Below the pieces are notes generated by a model. It saw nothing but the letters and a program-made list of their open reading frames with translations. It was not told the DNA's origin and ran no database searches. A program made the position numbers and the translations under genes. From the NCBI RefSeq assembly GCF_964204865.1, contig NC_135255.1:7502001-7566000 (forward strand): a DNA stretch of 64,000 nt, in the 5' to 3' direction. Source of the stretch: Styela clava. Its lineage: Eukaryota. Positions 58,001 to 64,000 of the stretch are shown here, in pieces (the stretch's first letter is position 1; each line of letters starts with the position of its first letter).

Positions 58001-61000
58001 TGATTGAATGAGAAGGAATTTTTCAAATTTTTTGGGTTTTTGGATAGGACTTTCATATTCATCCCACGAAGTGGTAAACCATTGCTCTGCTTAATTTTAA
58101 AAATTTAATTTTTGTTTTCTTGGTATCCATTTATTATTTATAGTATTTCAAGAATTTTTACTTTTGCTTTTTGACAGAAATCATCAGGCTCTATCCAAGA
58201 AGCGAATGACGTTTTGAAACCTCAGGAATTTTTGACTGACATCCAACTAATTAAAATGGGAAATACACAGAATATTTTGGGAGAAAAATTTCAACGACTG
58301 TGTTCTGGCCCTGAATCAATTGTTCATGCAAAAGAATCAGAATTGTACTCTCTTGCAAAAGGTATGGTAGGTACATTGCTGGTATCAAGTTTCTGTAGGG
58401 GTAACAGTGTACTTTAACCTCTATTGCTGAATCATGTTTACCGCAAATACCTATCCATTCAAATGGGATTATCAGGTTTATGGTAATAATAGGAATGGAT
58501 TTTCAATTTCCTCAAATCGATGTATAGTAATTTTTTGTAAAGTGCATGTTGGGAAATGGTAGGCAAATGTGTTTGGTTATACGAGGATGCCCAAAAACGA
58601 AGAGATTATTCCAATCTATTTGAAATTAATTGTATACCATATTTCAAATTTTTATAAATTCTAATAGTTTCTAATGATGAATTATTATCTTGAGCAATTG
58701 AACTCTCAGGGTATGGTCATAGAGGCCTTCAATAAATTGAACCAATGAAATACCTATTCATCTTAATTTCCTGCATTTTACAATTTAACTCGTTCGATAT
58801 ACATCAACTTCTGCTTTTTTTTGTTGAACAATTTTGAATATATTTGATATTCCATATTCAAAAATAATATTTCGGATAGAGTTCCATATTATTCAAATTT
58901 AGTCTTCTGTCCCGGGGGTATTCTAGACAAGTGTATTACGCAAACCAAAAACAGACAGCAAGCTATTTGAACTTCTAAAGAATCAAGATTTCTTTATAAT
59001 AGATAGCCTTTTTGTACTGTATTGAATGCTAGTTTTTATTTATCTCAATTTTCTGGGTAACATTTGAGCTGGGAATTTCATCGTGTCAATTCAATTTTGC
59101 AAGCTTGGCTAGCTATTCGAGCATGTGAAAATAGAGCTGGATTATTGTTGTTTATCCCTAAATTGATTTTGGATGGGTCTTGCAAGCATAGCTTCATCAG
59201 TTCATAAGCATGTTCAATTTGATTGTATATTACTGGTATATAAGTTCTTTTTCTGTACATATATACATTTTATATGTTTGGTTCAAGTATAAACTTTTCT
59301 ACTTCAATGATTTTCAATTAAAAAAACACAATGCTCTTATTTTTTTCTTATTTGCTGACCATATTCATGGCATAGGAAGCTCAAAGTTAGGAAATAAAGA
59401 GGGCGATACCAACCTTTGTCATGATTGGCGAATATTTTTAGGAACAATTTATAATATAATTTCCAAGTCACGAATCTGGTTTATGTGATCATGCTAGGGA
59501 TGTGAGGGAGAAAATTGGGCTATTGGTGTGGTTTATTGAATTGGCTTATTTCTGCCATAAAATTGCTACTGTTCAATTTAATCATGTCATTGTTGGGTCA
59601 ATGATTTGATTTCATGGGTTATTTCATGCTCGGCTGGACAATTTAAACTGTAGTAAATCCATTCATGGCGTCTTAGTGGATTTTAATAGAATATTCTATG
59701 TCTGGACTAAAATATAAATAAAAAAGAAAGTAGACAATCAGCATTACCAAAAGATTTTTTCCTCAAATTCAAAAATTAGAAATTATATTTTGGTATTGCT
59801 AACTTTCAAAATATAAATATATAGGGTTAGAATCAAAATATTCTTTTTTTCAATTTTCAACTGTTAAGATGAGAACATCCATAGGTTTTATAGGTTTTCA
59901 TCATTTTTAAAACTAACGTGTTTTCAAGAGTTTTACAGCACATGTGGATTTAAAAGTAGTAGTCTAATCCCCTTTTAACCTCTTTATTTTGAATGGTGGT
60001 GCCAATTTTCTCAAATTTAAATATACTGTGTCTACCAGGGAGTCATATTTATTATATCCTGTGTGATCTTTGAGAAAATTGATGGCTTGATTTGGTATCA
60101 TCTAACTACAGAATGCCTTTAGGCAATTGCTATTAGTCTTACACTAGTGTATTAATGTCATTTTGATGATAGTCCTATTTCCTGTCTATGTTTTTAGCGA
60201 TGAATTTTAAATTTCAATTTTAAAAATGGAAGCCTGGTTAAATAATGGCGTACATTGTGATATGGGGTTGTACTTGTGACTGATTCTAAAATTTTGCTGG
60301 AGTGTCGAGAAAATTTTCAACTTGCGATATTTTGAAATGATTCAATAACAAAAGAATAGAATGGGTACATCATTGTGTATTTGTATTATGTAATATAAAA
60401 TATTGTATCATTGTGCTACATTTGTTATGGAATATATCTCTGCATATTGTCTAATTGACAATCAATCTTGATCAAATTTGATTTGATAGAAAATAGTCTC
60501 ATCCATCATTTCTTCTTGTGGCATTAAGGTGAATGATAAATCGAGCAATAAAAACATCTTGAATGTGGTAAAGTAAACCTGGAAAGATTCTGGTTTGAAT
60601 AATATTCCATGTCTGATTTATATGTAATTCAAGTATAATCGAATTTGATCCATAAGAGTTTTTCCTATGCTGGAATATCGCCAACGTTACTTATTGTTTA
60701 AATAATCTCAATTTGACGTTTTGTCAGGATTGTGTTTGTATATACAAGATTTAGTTTTTAAAAGCCTCAATTCTGTGTGTGGGATATTTTCTTAGTGCTA
60801 ATACACACATAGGGCGTGAAATTCCGGAGTATTATTGTGGCTGACCGAGGATATGCGGTGTAAAACTAAACCATCCAGTACTAAAGGCACTTAAATAACC
60901 TTTGTTTACTTATGCTTTTCATTCACAACTCTTTTTTAAAAGATTTTTGAACCAGGTATATAAATGCCTTCTTCACCTCTTATCGCAGTAACGCATCGAT

Positions 61001-62878
61001 AAGAGAATACTATGTCATTGAATATTGAGTTTTGATGGCATTGTTTTTACATATTTGACTGAAAAATATTTTCATCTGTGAAAGTGTTTTTTTCTCCCAA
61101 TTCAAAACGATAAAGAACAGGTTTTGTATAACCCATCTTAATCAGGTTGGTAGAAATCGGTTACAATATGCCAAATGAAAAATTTCATTTTGTATAACCA
61201 TAATATGGATTACGGAGTGTCTTGTATGGGGCTGTGCCCTAGAACATTTCAATATAAATCTAATTTCTCATATTCAAAATTCTTTACTCTTGTAGTGTGC
61301 GTACCAGGTTAGGGTTAGGCCATAATTTTATTCCGATTTTCCTTATTTTAGTCATATTACGAGTTCGAGGACTGTCTGTGTTAGCCAAGTGATTATACAC
61401 AACTTGATGTAAAGTAGGCGAACAAAATTAGTTACTTCCATATTGGTACACACACTTCTGGAGTGCCCTAAATTCTCTTGTATAGTTTCAAGTGTATTTT
61501 GTATCGTACATTCCATTCAGATATTTCTATCAGCAATTATTTTTGCTTGCCTGTGAATCGTTGAGAATTTGAGCACTCTACTGAGACCACCCCAGTGTTT
61601 TTTAAGTAATTAATAACTTTGTTTTGAAGAATGTGTCACCCTGGTAAATAGGAGGAATTGCTTCCGTCAAGTGTTTGTAAATATCATGGCGAAGGAGTAT
61701 ATAAGTGCACGTTTTATGGTTTCAATTTAACACTTAGACCAAACAATAGGCATTCTTTTTTAAAAAATAGGAGTTGATAGTGTATTTGTCATCTTGTGGT
61801 AATTTTTTTTACATACTTCGCTAGCCTTTTTCATCGTATAAAATGTTTGTGTTCATTTAACCATAATACCAATTTTCCAGTATATCCTTTTTTCTATGCC
61901 GACAAACATTATCCTAAAACAGAACACTGAAGTATAGTTGGAGATTTAACGTTGCAGTATGTGAGTGCGCTAAATAAAATTAATCGAATCAATCGACAGA
62001 AACTAGCTTCCAAATAAAATAGTATATTTCTGTGAAGTCCGTTAAAACATTTTTGAATGGTCTTTATCACTATCCCCAAATTTTGATTTAATTCATTTCA
62101 TCTGGTAAATTTCAAATTATATCTCTTATAATGTGGAAGGATTCCCGTTTTTACTTTACTGTCAGTCTGATATGAGATAATCAAACCCCTTCTGATAAGT
62201 CAGATTTGTGCCCACGAGTTGCAGCAGTTATTTATTTGAGTCATACAATGTCGTAAACATCCTGAAGTACAAATTTCTTGAACAAATATTGTTTTAATAC
62301 ATATATTTATATACTGGATAATTCCATATTGGCCGCAAACCAGGGTATCTGATAATTACATGTGTATATCTTGTTTTGCTTCATATTATCTACAACATCA
62401 ATGAAAATAAAATTTATCACATACATGTTAAACATGTCTGAATGTTGAACTTACAGCAATTACTATTCTAATAATTTGTCTTAAGCTAAATAGCAATTTT
62501 CAAAACCTAACCAAGTGAAATATTAAATTCCTTTTTGCCAATTTGAACAAATTCAGAATATTCCGAATTTAAAAAGCAATTGAAGAGGAAATCTTAGATT
62601 GGTAACCTATTATTATATAATATAGAGTTCTGCAATAATGTATCATCGTAAAAAAATTTGCAATTATGATACATTTTCTACTTCTATTACAGGAAATTCA
62701 GAAACCTTTGCAATTTTAAAAAGTCGTATACGCAAACCAGAATCAGGAGAATCGTTGGCAGAATGTTCATTCAAAACAAAAACCTCATCTAAGTATCTTC
62801 CATGCAAATGTAAGATTCCTTTCACTATCCCATGGTATCCGTGTCTGGTCAAATACTGCCCATCGAAGAATTCTCAAG
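55063..62878 (+). CDS. OAF: Out at first protein homolog (3' end not found within the window)
   Basis: Exons 55063-55206 (signal peptide), 55461-55565, 55759-55893 (LGEPELGQKQYQSLCFVTKL..MAKLRQ), 58178-58361, 62693-62878 (PCKC..WYPCLVKYC); phases compatible. Confidence 0.92.
61283..61467. mobile_element. Merlin-like MITE, same family as 11200-11408
   Basis: High identity to 11200-11408 including ggttagggttagg; 8-bp TSD caaaattc / ctaaattc. Confidence 0.8.
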
Positions 62879-64000
62879 GTGCGTATTTTCTTTAACAATG
62901 ATTATAAAGCTGTGGATATAGGTAGAGCTAGGCGTTTTCGAAACATCGATGTTTATCATTATTTTTATCTCAAGAAGAGGAAGTCCCTTGCACCCTATGT
63001 AATGGCTGGGCTCATTTGCTATGTTATCTGATGCCATAGTTTTTTATTCTGTGAAAATGTGATACCTTGACGAATTTTAGTTTGCATTCACTATGATGCT
63101 GTAATATTCCATTTCTAAAGTTTAAACAGCGCTGTTTCGATATATCAGTGTTGCGAAACGCCCAGCCCTAGATATTAGGTCACCTTTCACTCATAGTTAT
63201 GAGACATATTACATTCAACATTACACATACTTTTTTGCATAAAATATGGAAATCACATGCAATTTGAAAACATATTTTTCATATTAATGCCTTAAAATTA
63301 GAACTATTCTGGTACCTTTTAAAAATTGTGACCTTCACAAAATCAGTGGCACTCAAAGCCGCTCATACTGAAAGAGTGAATATACCTAATGTTCACCATT
63401 TCTGATTGGATGCACCACTGATGAAAAAAATGCTATATATGTTACTGTGTGTGTACTGTGAATATGGTTTACTGGCTGGAATGGTGATAGATCTGTTTTT
63501 CTATGTCATTGGTTGTTTTTGTTTGCTCGATTTTTTTCACTCGATTCCATGACTCACTGTTAGATTCAAATTCCAGTCATCAATCATTGAGTCATCTGAA
63601 TCGATTTCATTTTTGATTTTCAAATTGAAATCATCCCAAATCATTATGATGCAAAAACTAATGCTGAGCTAATCTTGATTTTTGGATAGTATTTTACCAA
63701 ATATATTTTCAATTGTGTCCTCCTTTATTGGCAAGATTGCCAATTAAAAATGTTCAAATGGTTTTATTTCTGTGACTATGCAAATATTCTCCACTTTTAT
63801 TTTAAGCTTCTCAAATTATTATTATCCATCTATAAATTTGCGGCTTTATCATGGAGATAGTTATGTTATCACAATTATTGGAATCGCAATGGGACTTCAT
63901 TTTTGGCTTCATTTTTTTAAATATCGGATATTTTATATGTTTTATTGTCGCAATCTTGTAATGGATTATTTTTTCATAATTTAACAAAAGGAATTTTTAT

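Noticed and set aside
58570-58610. FGHP motif (mononegaviral L-like), and SDD at about 63595, in the antisense relic
   Set aside because: Isolated 3-4 residue matches, in the wrong order for an L protein and without flanking RdRp motifs; not enough to call a viral polymerase.

Overview
AT-rich, intron-containing eukaryotic DNA, almost certainly from an ascidian (tunicate). The actin N-terminus [21 protein letters not shown] is of the ascidian larval-muscle type, and a stolidobranch such as Styela/Halocynthia is the likeliest source (inference). Genes reconstructed by hand from splice sites and reading-frame phase: two tandem, nearly identical muscle actins (5295-bp period; the first is cut by the window edge); a probably secreted Ly6/uPAR(LU)-domain + 9 sushi/CCP protein; an intronless arylamine N-acetyltransferase; RPL30 with a candidate intronic H/ACA snoRNA; PDIA6; a divergent gamma-butyrobetaine-dioxygenase-like gene; CAPSL; and OAF (runs off the right edge). 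Non-genic DNA is dense with small transposons: Helentron-type HINE/DINE-1-like elements, two solo LTRs, Merlin-like MITEs carrying telomere-type repeats, hAT and Tc1/pogo MITEs, an Academ derivative, a tRNA-derived SINE and transposase relics. Most notable observations: (1) a duplicated, highly diverged, frame-incompatible (mutually exclusive) exon in the first thioredoxin domain of PDIA6; (2) the LU + single-exon CCP-array protein; (3) the shared sequence of the two actin copies ending inside a HINE; (4) a BBOX-like enzyme with a doubled Cys/His zinc motif and an eroded aromatic cage; (5) a possible fossil antisense coding sequence through the OAF introns. No CRISPR arrays, rRNA or bona fide tRNA genes were seen. 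All alignments and translations are manual; no database searches were run.
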